In this document: positions 50,226 through 64,000 of the stretch, piece after piece
Layout of the letters: each line of letters begins with the position of its first letter
Position numbering within the stretch: the first letter of the stretch is position 1
From: the human T2T-CHM13v2.0 reference genome, Homo sapiens
Direction: 5' to 3' (one strand)
Assembly (NCBI RefSeq): GCF_009914755.1
Contig: NC_060935.1
Length of the DNA stretch: 64,000 nucleotides
The notes under the pieces: generated by a model
Told to the model about the DNA's origin: nothing
The model's input: only the letters and a program-made list of their open reading frames with translations
Database searches by the model: none
Made by a program: the position numbers and the translations under genes

Positions 50226-50403
50226 GCAGGGCTTCTCAGACTCTGCTGTGTGCACAAGTCACCTGGGGCCTTTATGAAAATGCAAATCTGATTCAGGGGG
50301 TCTGAATCCCAGGTTTGGGGTGGAACCTGAGGTTCTGCACTTCTTAACAAGCTCCCAGGTGATCCCAACAGTTCTGGTCCATGGACCACACTTTGGGTGG
50401 TAA
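50226..50403. mobile_element. MER5A-like hAT MITE
   Basis: Typical motifs (aaaatgcaaatctg, taacaagctcccaggtgat, ggaccacacttt). Confidence 0.75.
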
Positions 50404-50869
50404 CACTCCAAAGAATATACAGAACTGGGGTCTGGCAAGGAAGCAAACGATTCTCGAGAAGCAGCAAATGCATTGCTAAAAGAATTGTCCTTGAGGTCCA
50501 TGCTGGATAAGGGGCCAAAATGGGGACGATAATAAACAGTCAAGGAAAGGTGGGGGAAGGTGGGGAGACAGCAAGTTGTGGCCAAATGGGTGTTTCTCAT
50601 GGAAGATCTTAGAGGTGAAAGAGCAAGTACAATGTGTGCCTTCTGGACTGGTGGCTGAAACAGCAGAGAAAGGAAGGCCAGCAGCGTGGAGGGGGCCAGA
50701 CGGTAGGAGGATTCTATGAGGTTCCAACACAGACTGCATCTGCGTGCTCGCCAGATCCCGACTTACACTCACCTCCTGCACTGATAACACTCTCTTTTAT
50801 CTTGGCCAATGTATCACTTGAGAAGTATTTACTCACTCATTCAACAAATATCTAATTCAATTTACACTC

Positions 50870-51730
50870 ACTTCCTTTGAGATCTCATCTATTCATATGG
50901 CTTTCAACGCCATCTATACACTAGGACTCCCAATCTCATCCCTCCTGCCCAGCCCTTCCTCACTCTAAACTCCTACGCAACATCTTCTGAGGCATCCCAA
51001 ATTTAATATATCCAAACGGAACTCCTGGACGCCTTTGAAAAACTTGTACCATCTCATCTTTGTTGATGGAAACTCCATCTCTCCAATCATCCAGGCTGAA
51101 AACCTTGGGCGCATCCTTGACTCCTCTCTTTCTCTCACATCCCACATCCAATCCATCAGCAAATCCTGTTGACTCAACCTTCAAAGTATCCCTAGAAGCT
51201 ATTTCTTGCCACCTCCACTGCCACCACCTGATCTGAGCGATCATCTCTCCCCGAGATTATTGCCATAACAGGCTCACCGTTCTCCTTGACCCCTCCTCCC
51301 CACCAGCCCCTCTTTAGAGTGGAAGCCATAATCCTCCCAGTGCCTTGACTTCCTCCCTGCCCTGCTCCCCTAGCTCACACTATCCCAGGCCCAGTGGCCT
51401 CCTCGCTGCCACCACAGCAGGCATGACCCTATCCAAGGCCCGCCTGGGATGTTCCACAGCTTGCTTCACAGAGCTCATTCCCTCATCTCTTTAAAGGCTT
51501 TGCTCAAATGTCACCTTCACAACGGAGCCATGATCACCTTTTTTAAACCTGCAACTAGGCTTTTTCCCCATCAAATCCCCATCCCCCCAATCCGCTTCCT
51601 CTGCTCTCCTAACAGATGATGTAATTGGCTTCCTATTAGATTTGCTAATTGTCTATCTCCTGCAGTAAAATGTAAGCTGCAGGAGGGCGGAGTTGTGTGT
51701 TTTGTTTTCTGAGGTTCACTTACCTCACAG
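50870..51730 (+). mobile_element. L2
   Basis: L2 motifs (aaaaccttggg..catccttgactcctctctttctctcac...ccaatccatcagcaaatcctgt). Confidence 0.8.
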
Positions 51731-52442
51731 ATCAGTGCCTGCCCTTATTGAAGGGTGAGTGGGTGCCCTACATGGGCCAGGCTTTGTGCTGATTCTCATT
51801 TTACAGAGATGAACGAGACACATATGGCCTCTGCCCCTATGGAGCCTGCATTCTTGTGGGTGGATGCAGACAAACCAACCAACCACAAAACGCAAGCCAG
51901 TGAGAGTGCCATGCAGAGCAGGAGACAGCACTGTGACTGTGGCTGGACGTCTACGCTGGGGAGTTAGGGAAGGCTCTTCCGGGGAGGTGACACTTCATAC
52001 CAAAACTCGGGAAAAAGAGCGTATTTGTCCTCTACTTTTATGTAATATACACATATCATGGTGTAATCATAAAAGCAAACTTTAAAAAAGTATTTCCATA
52101 ACACTGAGGAGGGTGAGGAGCGTTCTGGACCGAGGAGGTGGAATATGCTGTTGGTGGGGTCACAGAGGACAAGTTAGCAAGCGTGGCAGAATGCCGGTCT
52201 GGAGGCTGCAGGAAAGGGCAAAAGGGCTTCATCAAGTTGGTGAAGAATAACTGTGTCCGAGACTGACTCCAGCCCACAGTGTCTGACACAGTGGGGCAGG
52301 GACTGAACACTTGGTAAGTATTTCACTTTGACTTTTAAATGGAAAATAAATTATATTTCCTGAGTAATTCCAACCATAACAATCAAAATTTTAAGAGACA
52401 ATAATGCAAAATTGTATTTTTTAAATTAAAACAATGACTCAC

Positions 52443-52519
52443 TTGTTGTGTAATGAGATTTAATTTTGTTGATGCTGGCAAAAATCTCCCTACTAAAGCA
52501 GTCATTGGTTTAGGGACAT
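52443..52519 (-). CDS. TESMIN: TESMIN exon 5: (D)[25 protein letters not shown]
   Basis: tcttccttacag| acceptor and |gtgagt donor; 77 nt. Confidence 0.93.
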
Positions 52520-52859
52520 CTGTAAGGAAGATAATTAAAAATTAATTGTAGCATCTATCGTTCCTCTTCCACTTACACGTGGATGAAAGTACAAAAGTCT
52601 GTTATGGACATGTCCTGTGCAAAGTTATTTCAACTTATCTTGATGCTAGTTACGCATTTTATTCTCTAAAACCTTTCAAGTCAGTATTTTACTTAATATA
52701 CTCATTTTTCTTTTCTTTTTTGGGGAGATGGTCATAAAGCTACTTGATCTGAGCTTCCAGGGTTGCTCTACTAGGCTAAAACAATGTTGTTAGTGCTCTG
52801 GTTCCCAAATTGTGTGCCAAGGTGCCCTGCATAGCCACAGCAAACTCACTAGGAAAAAA

Positions 52860-53670
<811 letters not shown>

Positions 53671-55115
53671 GCACTACTTTCGATTTATGTGTATTTTTTT
53701 TTCAAGTGGTTACTAAGTTGTTTGGATATAAATACTTACTAAGCTATTTAGACTAAACTACTTAGTACTGGAACTGATAGGTACTTATTTGGTCTACAAG
53801 TGCCATGAAAAACATTCTTGAGACACTAAGGGTGTGTAAGCCTCTGTGCTCATGAGTTCAAGTAGAAGCACCTGAACACTTTTTCTCCTCCAGGCCTAGG
53901 CATCCTTTGAGTGAGGAATCTCAGACGCAGGCAGCAGGATGCACGTACTTTATTGTGATGTTTAATATGTGCACAGTGTAACAAAGGAGATGCAGGTGGG
54001 GGGAGTATGATTATATGATAAGGAACTTGAACTGGAAAACACTATATAAACTCTCTCCTCCTGCAGACCTTAAGGCACTAGGATTTTGTCATGTGCCAGG
54101 AGGAAGGGGAGCAGGAAAGACCTTCTCCCTGCCTGTAGAGATCAGAGATGCAGCATGAACCTATAGGAGATGAGGCCAAAGCTCCAACCTCAGCTTCTTC
54201 ACTGTGAAAAGAGTCAATGTCTTGAGGATATTTATTCTGTCCCTGGACAGGGAGACAATCAGGATGCAATGGGGAGACAGGGAGTCACGCTTTGTCTTTT
54301 TGCCCTGGACTTCAAAGGCCAGTGAAACTACATCTGGATTTGCTATTGGTTTCAAGTTATAGGCAAGGTCAGTGAATCACCTGACAGTGAATATTCTCTC
54401 GTTAACTCAAGATCTAGGGTAATGTGATTACGTGCAGTCCCCATAGAGAGGCCTAATTTTCAAGAATTAGCATCTCACTTTTGTTAAACACAATCCTAAA
54501 ATACGTCATTTACTCTTTCTCTAATCATGCATAAGGAATTTCAGAACAATCAAGTACTTACAGGTCATTTCTTATTATTGTGCCAGGTTAAAAAAGTTTC
54601 TTAGTCAGGTAAGAATGAATTTCTTAGAATGAATGTCAGACAAATCCTTTGTTATTTCAGAACTCATGGTGATTAAAGCAGAATGATAGTTCTCATTGAT
54701 TACACTGAAATGTTTACATTAAAATGTAGGTGTTTACACCACACCTGAAGTCAACCCATCAGGTCAGTCTGGGAAAGGCTGATATTTCAATCTAGGCACA
54801 TCGAGGCACCTATTTGTGGAATTCCTACCAATGCAGTGTCGGTCTGAGTCATCACCTGTTAGGATCACAAAGCTCTCAGCAGCTAGGTGACATGAGGGAC
54901 AGCTATCCAAGAATTTGAGACAGTCAGTACAGGGTACAAAAATTAGTCTATAGATATACATTTTTATATTCTTAGCTTACTAATATGGACTACGAGGTTT
55001 GCCAAATTTCCTATTTAATATCCTGGTTGCCATTTCACTTTATATACAAAGCCAAACATATTCATTTACCAACTTACATATATGACATAGTTTTTTTTAT
55101 TAATTAACTTTGTAC

Positions 55116-55236
55116 CTGACTGTAGATAATTATTTTGATCTTGATACTGAGGAACCAAATGGAGTGCTTTTAGTTCTCTTGTTCTAGAATTGTCTATACA
55201 TAGCATTTGTGTGCCCCCTTTCAATTGGCATATCAC
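55116..55236 (-). CDS. TESMIN: TESMIN exon 4: [17 protein letters not shown]...NNYLQS
   Basis: ctttttcattttag| acceptor and |gtacaa donor; 121 nt. Confidence 0.93.
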
Positions 55237-56739
55237 CTAAAATGAAAAAGAACAATCAGGTTTCATTTTTGAAACATAATTCCAGTAATAATGAACCTAA
55301 ATAAACTTAAATCTGAGAAAATAGCTTTAATCCAGAAGTTACATTTTAATGGAAGATAGAAAACTATAGATCTGTTTTCGATTTCTTACTCTACACTAAC
55401 ATGCTCTTTGGAGACACCAAAGGGCAAAAAAAAAAAAAAAAAAAAGAAAAACCCAGAAATGTTTCCTGAGATGCGTCCAGTGTGTGAACAGAAAAAAGTT
55501 CCTGTGCCTGGCTTTCTCCACAGGTGTCTGATTTAGTTGGGGATCAGGTAGCCATGCCCCAGAGCTTCCTTTGTCCTGTCCTCACTCCACCATTGACATG
55601 AGCAGAAGAGGGTGCTGCTCCGCTAAGCCCCAGCCCATTCAGCCCCAGTGGGCACTGAGGCCCTGGCGGCATGTCCCTGAGTCCCTGGGCACGCACTTAA
55701 AATCCTCTCTAATTTTACTCCAACTGTCCTTTCCTGCCACACACATGTCATTATTTAACACATGGGGTTTTAAAAACACATCTATTTTATTTCCTACAAG
55801 TACAGCTTAGAAAGGTTAGTCCAAGAACTATAAAGTTCTAAGAAGCCACACTGATCTGCTTGGGCCTGAGCAGCACTGTCAGACCCCCCTTGGATACTGA
55901 CCATAAATAAATGGTCGCAAGCCGGGTGGGTCTGCCAGTCCATCCCATCAGTCAAGCAAAAGCACTGAGGGAACTGTGTGCCCAGCCCTGCTTCAGGCTG
56001 TGGCATGTGGGGATAGAAAGGCGAGAGATGCTGTGGCTTCTGCCTGGACACAGCTTCCAATTCTGCTGGCAGAACCACAACTACACAGAGCAGCTGTGCT
56101 TTATACACTTAAGTTGCTTATAATCTAGATAAGAGAACCCAAAGAACCATAAAGGACCAATGTTATCAAAGTAATACACATTGGACCTACTATGGTCATT
56201 GGATCAATATTCCACATCATCCTGACATCTGATGAGAGGCCAGCATTCATGTTCAATTGGAGTTGTATTTGTATTTGGAGGATAAAGTTATAGCTACACA
56301 CACACACACACACACACAGGAAAGGCTCAGAGTGAACTCTGCAGACCTGCCTCTACTGCACACTCCTGGGCCCTATCCACATGGGAGCCTTGGCTCTGCC
56401 CTCTGGGGAAATGTGCTAACATCACTCTGCAGTCTTGGGGAGTCGGAGAGTTCTCATCCTGCTGACCTGCTTTTAGGGTCCTAGAAAAACTGCTATCAGA
56501 ACCCACAGCCCCAAATAGAACCACCGATGGAGAGGCTAATGTTAGTGTACACCACAGCTAAACCAAACTCATGACAGGCTCATTTTCAAGTATTTGCTTG
56601 TTAACGTCTATGCCTTACAGCAAGGGCCTCATTTCTAGGAATAAAGAATTGCTGGGGGAAAGGCAATGATCGGTTCTTGGACTCTGGGTGCTTTGCTAAG
56701 GGAATGCTGTGGGCGACACTCTCCCCATTCCTAGTCCTT

Positions 56740-56930
56740 GCCACGTGAGATCTGGAGTCCCAGATGCACCACTTAATTATGAAGACCAATGTAGATGATG
56801 TAACATCTCTGTTTCTTACCCATAAAGTGGGGATAAAAAGAATGCCTATCCTACAGAGTTGTTAGGAGGATTAAATAAAGGTGCAAAAATATGACATAAA
56901 CCACAGCTGTGACTGATTACGTACCCTATA
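56740..56930 (+). mobile_element. MIR
   Basis: MIR core (aaagtggggataa...gttgttaggaggattaaat). Confidence 0.65.
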
Positions 56931-57330
56931 CAAGCGTTACCTGTTATCATGAGAGATTGGGACACGAAGGAAGCAGGCTCTGCCCTGAAGCCACAGGACC
57001 GTGCCCCACACCAATATGCCAAACCATGAGGCTCAGCTGCAGTCCCTGACCCCAGCACTGCACTAACTGATGTGATTTGTGCTTGCTCTCCTTAATGAAT
57101 ACAGCAATGTCCTCATCTTTGTTCAATTTGCTAAGATGGAGTAGAAATGAGAATCTTAGAGGTGAGATGTGAAAGGCTCATGTCCCTGTTTTGCTAATGA
57201 GACAACCAAAAATCCTGATACAATACATACGTGAAATGAAAAACGAGTGAAATGATCAGTCGACTTAGTAATGATGGGGTCCAGCATTTAGTATAATGTT
57301 AGTCCTACACATCTTCTTTAGCATAATTAC

Positions 57331-57489
57331 CATTGGGTTGGAATCTTTCTTAAGAGAACAGCAGGAGGCATCCTCTAGTTCCTGGGACGATGGGAACTTG
57401 CAACAGGATTCCTGAGCAAGAAGATTCTGCAAAGTTGCTTCTTCCGGATTATTACTTGTAGTAGTACCACCTGCTTCCTTGATTTCAAC
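57331..57489 (-). CDS. TESMIN: TESMIN exon 3: VEIKEAGG...KKDSNPM
   Basis: cttttttctag| acceptor and |gtaatt donor; 159 nt. Confidence 0.93.
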
Positions 57490-58905
57490 CTAGAAAAAAG
57501 CAATAATTATTTTAGAGAACACATGGTGGACACTGGCTCTTGCAGTTGCATAATTTAGAAAATTGAAATCTCAGTGATAAGTAGAAGTTATGGTGAAACC
57601 CTGTCTCTACTAGGCATGGTGGCACACTCCCAGCTACCGGAGAGGTTGAGGCAGGAGAACTGCTTGAACCTGGGAGGCGGAGGTTGCTGTGAGCTGAGAC
57701 AGTGCCATTGCATTCCAGCCCAGCCCCATCACACATTCTTCCAGCATGCTCAGTAGTTTGAATTAGATGTTCTAGTCAATTGTTTTTTCCTCAAAAAGCC
57801 CCAAATCCTTGGTAACGTTTTAATATTATTTATGATGTGTTTATAGGAAGATTTGTAATTAGGTAGTAGCCCTTTCCTGCCTTAATAGTAGGACAACAAA
57901 CATGAAATGGTGGAGAGTAGGGAGTGGCTGCCAGCTTTGTGTTCAAGCTGTCTTCTGTAACAACTGTCAACCCGATGACAAAATTACCAAAGATATGGAG
58001 AAATACAGGGATAATACTGAAAATCAATAGAATTTTTAAAAGTAAGAATCCTCGTGGTTAAAAAAAAATTACAATCAGGATTGTTTCAACATTGGGATGC
58101 TGCTTTTTACAATCTGTAGGAATGTGAGGAGGACTGGGAAACCCACGCTTTGCATCCTCCCCTCCCCTCCTCCTCCACCTACACTTGCCCGAGCTGCCTG
58201 GACCAGAGGACAGTGGGGCTCCCCAAAGGCCAGGAGGCAGGCCACAGAGCCCTTCCAAAAAGATGGTGGCTCTAAGGTAACATACTGAAGACCTCAAATA
58301 AAAATCACAGAGCAGGTATCTTTCAAAATGCAGATAGTGACTCAAATTGGAGCTTGTCCAGCCCAATAAAATCAGAGGCCCAAACAAATCATATTTCCCA
58401 TGTATGGGCAAATCACTCAGCACAGCAGACTAGCATCTAGGTATAAATCTTAAAAGAGATAAAGTTTAGCTATATTTTAAGTAGCTTTATTTAGAAATTT
58501 TAAATTTCATATAAATACACATAAAATTTTCTTCTACTTGCTGCTTTGGGGGATGTGCTATGCACGTCATCCCAGTTTAGATTTAACTTATCTCCCTGTA
58601 ATCAACAAATACTACTATAATAAATATATCATTTCCTCAGACCTATGCAACTAATATCTGAACTACTTATACTAAAATTCCATTTCTGACCTTTCAAAAC
58701 AAAGGTCAACATGTGGGAATGAATTTCTAGAAGAAGGAAATTAGCAACTGATCCTGAATATTTACTGAAAATAATTCCATTCTGTTTAAACGATAAACAT
58801 GTCTGTGCTGTATCTGGTCCATTTTATTAATGAATCAGAAAGCAGTCAATAAAAATTTAAAAAGCAAAGTCTCTCCTTTAGTTTGTCAGACCAGCAATCT
58901 CTTAA

Positions 58906-59162
<257 letters not shown>

Positions 59163-60312
59163 TGACTCCACTCTGTGAGGAAATGAGCCGAGCTAGGACC
59201 TACGGGCAGGAGGCGCTGGACACCAATCCGGCTGGGCAGCAAAATGCAGTTCTTAACATTTCAAGCCCTCTGAGAAAGGCTGTGAGAAAGACCTCTGTCC
59301 TGGGAAACGGCTGGGGGAACTGGTGAGCTCTATGGCTCCTCTGAGGACAAACAGAGGTCAGTGGAGGCCCCAGCCTCTGCCCATCCTTTTCCTGTACACT
59401 AAGGACTGGCAATTACCATAACAGAAAACCGGAAGAGCAGAAATCCAAGCTCCTGCTGCTCTGGCTTATGATACAGGGTCAGGCTCCAGCCATCTCAATA
59501 CTGACTCAAGCATTGTGTCCCACAAACGCTTCATCTACAACTTACTAAAATGACCTCATGGATGAGTGGTCTCGTTTTCTGAGCTGGGTCCTTTTTGAGG
59601 GGTCGAGAACACATTTTCCTGGGACCCTTTGTTTCCTTTGAAAACTCATTAGTTTTGGCAAGAACAAAGCGGAAAATTATCAGCGGTCATCTACAGCTAG
59701 AGAGGGCAGTCGGCTGAGAGCTGGCAAGCATTTCTTTAGGCTCTGATTTACATTGCATATGCTTGAAGAGCTATTACTCATTAGCAAAGGGAAGATCTCA
59801 CATCTTGACTTCAAGGCCCGGAAAATCCAAGTATTAACTCTGAGTCCTTGCTGTGGATTCCAAGCCTGGTAAAGTTAAAGGAAAAAAAAAATGCAAGATG
59901 CAAACACGCCAACCCTCCACCACATTGCGTTTGTTTTCACAGACAATAGTTACCAGCAGACAGCGGGCCTCTCTCCTTAAGCCAAGGATAGCAACAGGGC
60001 CCAAGGGAACCTACGTCCTAGCTTTCCCCCTTTTTTTGTTGTCCGCCGTCTGCATGGTTAGGTCAGCTTTGGACGACTGGTGCAGGGCAGAATTCCCTCC
60101 AGGGGAAAGGGCTTGGCTGGGCCGATGCATGTTGGATTAGGAAGACGACAAAGAGTATACGCTCTACCGAGAATCAGTGACTCCGGTGGGCTGTGTGTGG
60201 TGTCACCAGGGAAAATGCTTGTAGAGGGAAATCCTGGGGTACACTAGCAGCCTCAGATGGGTTGGGGAAGGGATGGAGGGGGAGCTGTGCCCATTCCCCA
60301 GGCGGTTCTTAC

Positions 60313-60783
60313 TGGGATCATGCGGACGCCCGGGTGGGAGGCTCCTTCCAGGACCCAGGCGCCCAGGGGCAACACCGCCGGGCTGCGGTGCGCGGGTAGC
60401 AGCGAGGACAGGAAGTGCACGTTGCAGGCGGGCGGCTGCGGGGCCTGCAGGAGCGCGACGTCCTCCAGCGCGCTGAGCTCTGGGATCCCGGGGTACTCCC
60501 CGAGGAGCTCCCCGCCGTCGCTGTCGCCCCCCGCGAGCTTCGCCTTGACCTGGCCCTTGCAGTCGGCGCCCAGCGCGGGGTTGAACGCGTGCAGGACGGG
60601 TTCCTTGGGGTCCGCCGGGCCCAGGTACGCTTCTTTGAAGACGTGGAACTCGTCCTCCTCGTACTTCACGGGGGCCTTCAGGCCGATGTTCTCCGAAGCG
60701 AACGGACCCTCGGGGCTTAAGAGCTCCGTCACCATCGCATCCTCGGGGCTGGGCAGCCCGCCCGGCAGAGGGCCCTCCTCCAT
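60313..60783 (-). CDS. TESMIN: TESMIN exon 2 coding part: [17 protein letters not shown]...GVRMIP (exon begins at 60822)
   Basis: Strong Kozak gccATGG; 471 nt; |gtaaga donor; acceptor tgttgcag| at 60823. Confidence 0.95.
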
Positions 60784-60834
60784 GGCGCAGGGCGGCGGGG
60801 CGGGATGGCGGGGGCCGCGCACCTGCAACACGCG

Positions 60835-61412
60835 GCCAGGTGAGAGGCAGCCAGAGGAGAGGACGAGGGGAGGGGCGGCCAGGAAAGGGGACAGCCAAGG
60901 GAGGGGCAGCCAAGGGAGGGGCGGCCAGGGGAGGGGACCAGGTGAGGGGCGGCTAGGGGAGGGGGCGGCCTGGTGAGGGAGGGCCAGGTGAGGGGCCCGG
61001 GGAAGGGCGACCAGGTGAGGGGGTCAGGGGAGGGGCGACCAGATGAGGGGCGATTAGGTGAGGGGCGGCCAGGTGAGGGGCGGCCAGGTGAGGAGCGACC
61101 AGGGGAGGCGGTCAGGTGAGCGGCGACCAGGGGAGGGGCGGCCGGGGAGGGGGTCACGGGAGGGGCGACCAGGGGAGGGGAGGCCAGGGGAGGGGGCCAG
61201 GTGAGGGGCGGCCAGGTGAGGAGCGACCAGGGGAGGGAGTCAGGGGAGGGGCGACCAGGTAAGGGGCGGCCAGGAGAGGGGCGGCCGGGGTGGGGGTCAG
61301 GTGAGGGGCGGCCAGGGGAGGGGGCCAGGTGAGGGGCGGCCGAGGAGGGGGTCAGGTGAGGAGCAGCCAGGGGAGGGGGGGCCAGGTGAGGTGCGACCAG
61401 GTGAGGGGCGGC
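60835..61412. repeat. G-rich degenerate 14-15-bp tandem array (caggtgaggggcggc) in TESMIN intron 1
   Basis: Directly visible; 14 CAGGTG copies counted. Confidence 0.9.
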
Positions 61413-61541
61413 CTCGCCCACGGCCCGCCGCCCTCCGCCCACCCGCAGGGGCCCGACCCGGCCCGGCAGCCCCCATCCCCGCCTGCAGAGCCGAGGCCCA
61501 GCCCGGGGACCGCCCCGTCATTCCTCCTCGGAGGGACGCAC

Positions 61542-61615
61542 CTGGGGCCGCCGGGGCTGCCGCAGCGTGGAGCGAGCGGGATGGGGCGTGGGCCGGGCCT
61601 CAGGCGCAGGCGGCC
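61542..61615 (-). other. TESMIN: TESMIN non-coding exon 1 (5' end approximate)
   Basis: Donor ccccag|gtgcgt at 61542/61541, just downstream of the GC-box cluster. Confidence 0.65.
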
Positions 61616-61684
61616 GTTGGCGGTTGGAGAAGGGGGAAGGGTGAGGGACAGGAACCTGGGGGGAGGGGAAGAGGCGCCCGGGCA

Positions 61685-61805
61685 GTGGGCGGGGCCTGGG
61701 CGTGGGGCGGAGTCGAGGTCGGGGCGGGGAGGTAAAGGCGGGGCCAGGGAGGTGTGGTGGGCGTGGTCTGGGGCGGGAGGAGACAGAGTCGCGAGGGGCG
61801 GGGCC
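61685..61805 (-). promoter_or_regulatory. TESMIN: TATA-less promoter with about 6 Sp/KLF GC boxes
   Basis: Repeated (g)ggcgg(g/a)g motifs. Confidence 0.7.
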
Positions 61806-61950
61806 TGGACTGCCGCTGTTGCCAGAGCGGGTCAGGGGAGGCACTCCCAGGGTTCAGCCGATCCAGGCTCAGGTGGGGAAACTGAGGTCCCCATCAACTC
61901 GGGCAGCGCTAAGTGGGACTGCCTAGCTTGGCTTCTGACCTTGGGCTTCA

Positions 61951-63415
<1,465 letters not shown>

Positions 63416-63824
63416 CTCACAGAAGCAGAAAAAATAATAAAAATAATAAATCGAAGAGCCCAAGAATTATGCATAGCTTGAGTGGCCCAAGCGAGAGAGT
63501 AACCCACAAGGTTGCACCGTTCATTCGTTTACTAATCAGAATCAGACGTCTACTGAGTAGCATCATGCCAGGCATACACAGCCACCTGTGGGGGTCACCC
63601 ACGGGTTGCAATCAAGCCTGGAGGCTCTGCACCTGCTGCTCCTAGATGCTTGCTGCCCTGCTGCACTGGCCGGGCTGGCTCCGTCGAGTCTCTCAGGTCT
63701 CAGCTCAACCCACTCTAAGTGGGTCAACCTCCCTGCCAGCTACCACCCCCTCCCAATGATCCTCTTAGTTGCCTCAGAACACTTAAAATCCTTCAACTGG
63801 TTGGCTTGTTCTCTTTTTCCTCTG

Positions 63825-64000
63825 TGATATGGTTTGGCTCTGTGTCCCCACCCAAATCTCATCTTGAATTGTAATCCCTCTGTGTCAAGGGAGGGGCCTG
63901 GTGGGAGGTGATTGGATCAAGGAGGCGGTTCCCCTACGCTGTTCTTGCAATAAGAAGTGAGTTCTCACAAGATCTGATGGCTTAAAAGTGTTCGGCAATT
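63825..64000 (+). mobile_element. THE1/MST (ERVL-MaLR) LTR, truncated by the window edge
   Basis: Begins tgatatggtttggctctgtgtccccacccaaatctcatc. Confidence 0.88.

Larger units (their letters stand above)
60300..61830. promoter_or_regulatory. TESMIN: CpG island spanning the TESMIN promoter, exon 1, intron 1 and exon 2
   Basis: Very high GC and CpG density. Confidence 0.9.

Noticed and set aside
61500-61900. CHR (TTTGAA) element for autoregulation at the TESMIN promoter
   Set aside because: No CHR-like hexamer seen near the start site.

Overview
Human genomic DNA (Alu/L1-rich; recognised from the encoded peptides as the GAL-TESMIN region, 11q13). The window holds the last coding exon and polyA signal of GAL on the + strand (~1.0-1.3 kb) and the complete, convergent TESMIN (MTL5) gene on the - strand (~61.6 kb to ~17.56 kb). 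Nine GT-AG coding exons were mapped by hand and join into a 1527-nt CDS (508 aa). The rest is mostly interspersed repeats: Alus, old L1s, L2/MIR, a MER4-type solo LTR, a near full-length Tigger1, THE1/MST and MLT1 LTRs, plus several VNTRs. Main discovery: a 72-nt, frame-preserving exon with strong splice sites lies inside the 22.8-kb intron 6 (43849-43778, - strand). It encodes VTLSSWDTKSKKPCNCTKSQCLKL, the N-terminal piece of the first CXC zinc domain that is missing from the 508-aa TESMIN. Including it would give a 532-aa TESMIN with two complete LIN54-like CXC DNA-binding domains. An in-frame stop at the exon 6 donor and a cluster of intronic polyA signals suggest that intron 6 switches between CXC-less, CXC1-truncated and full-CRC isoforms. 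Gene and repeat family names come from recall, not database searches.
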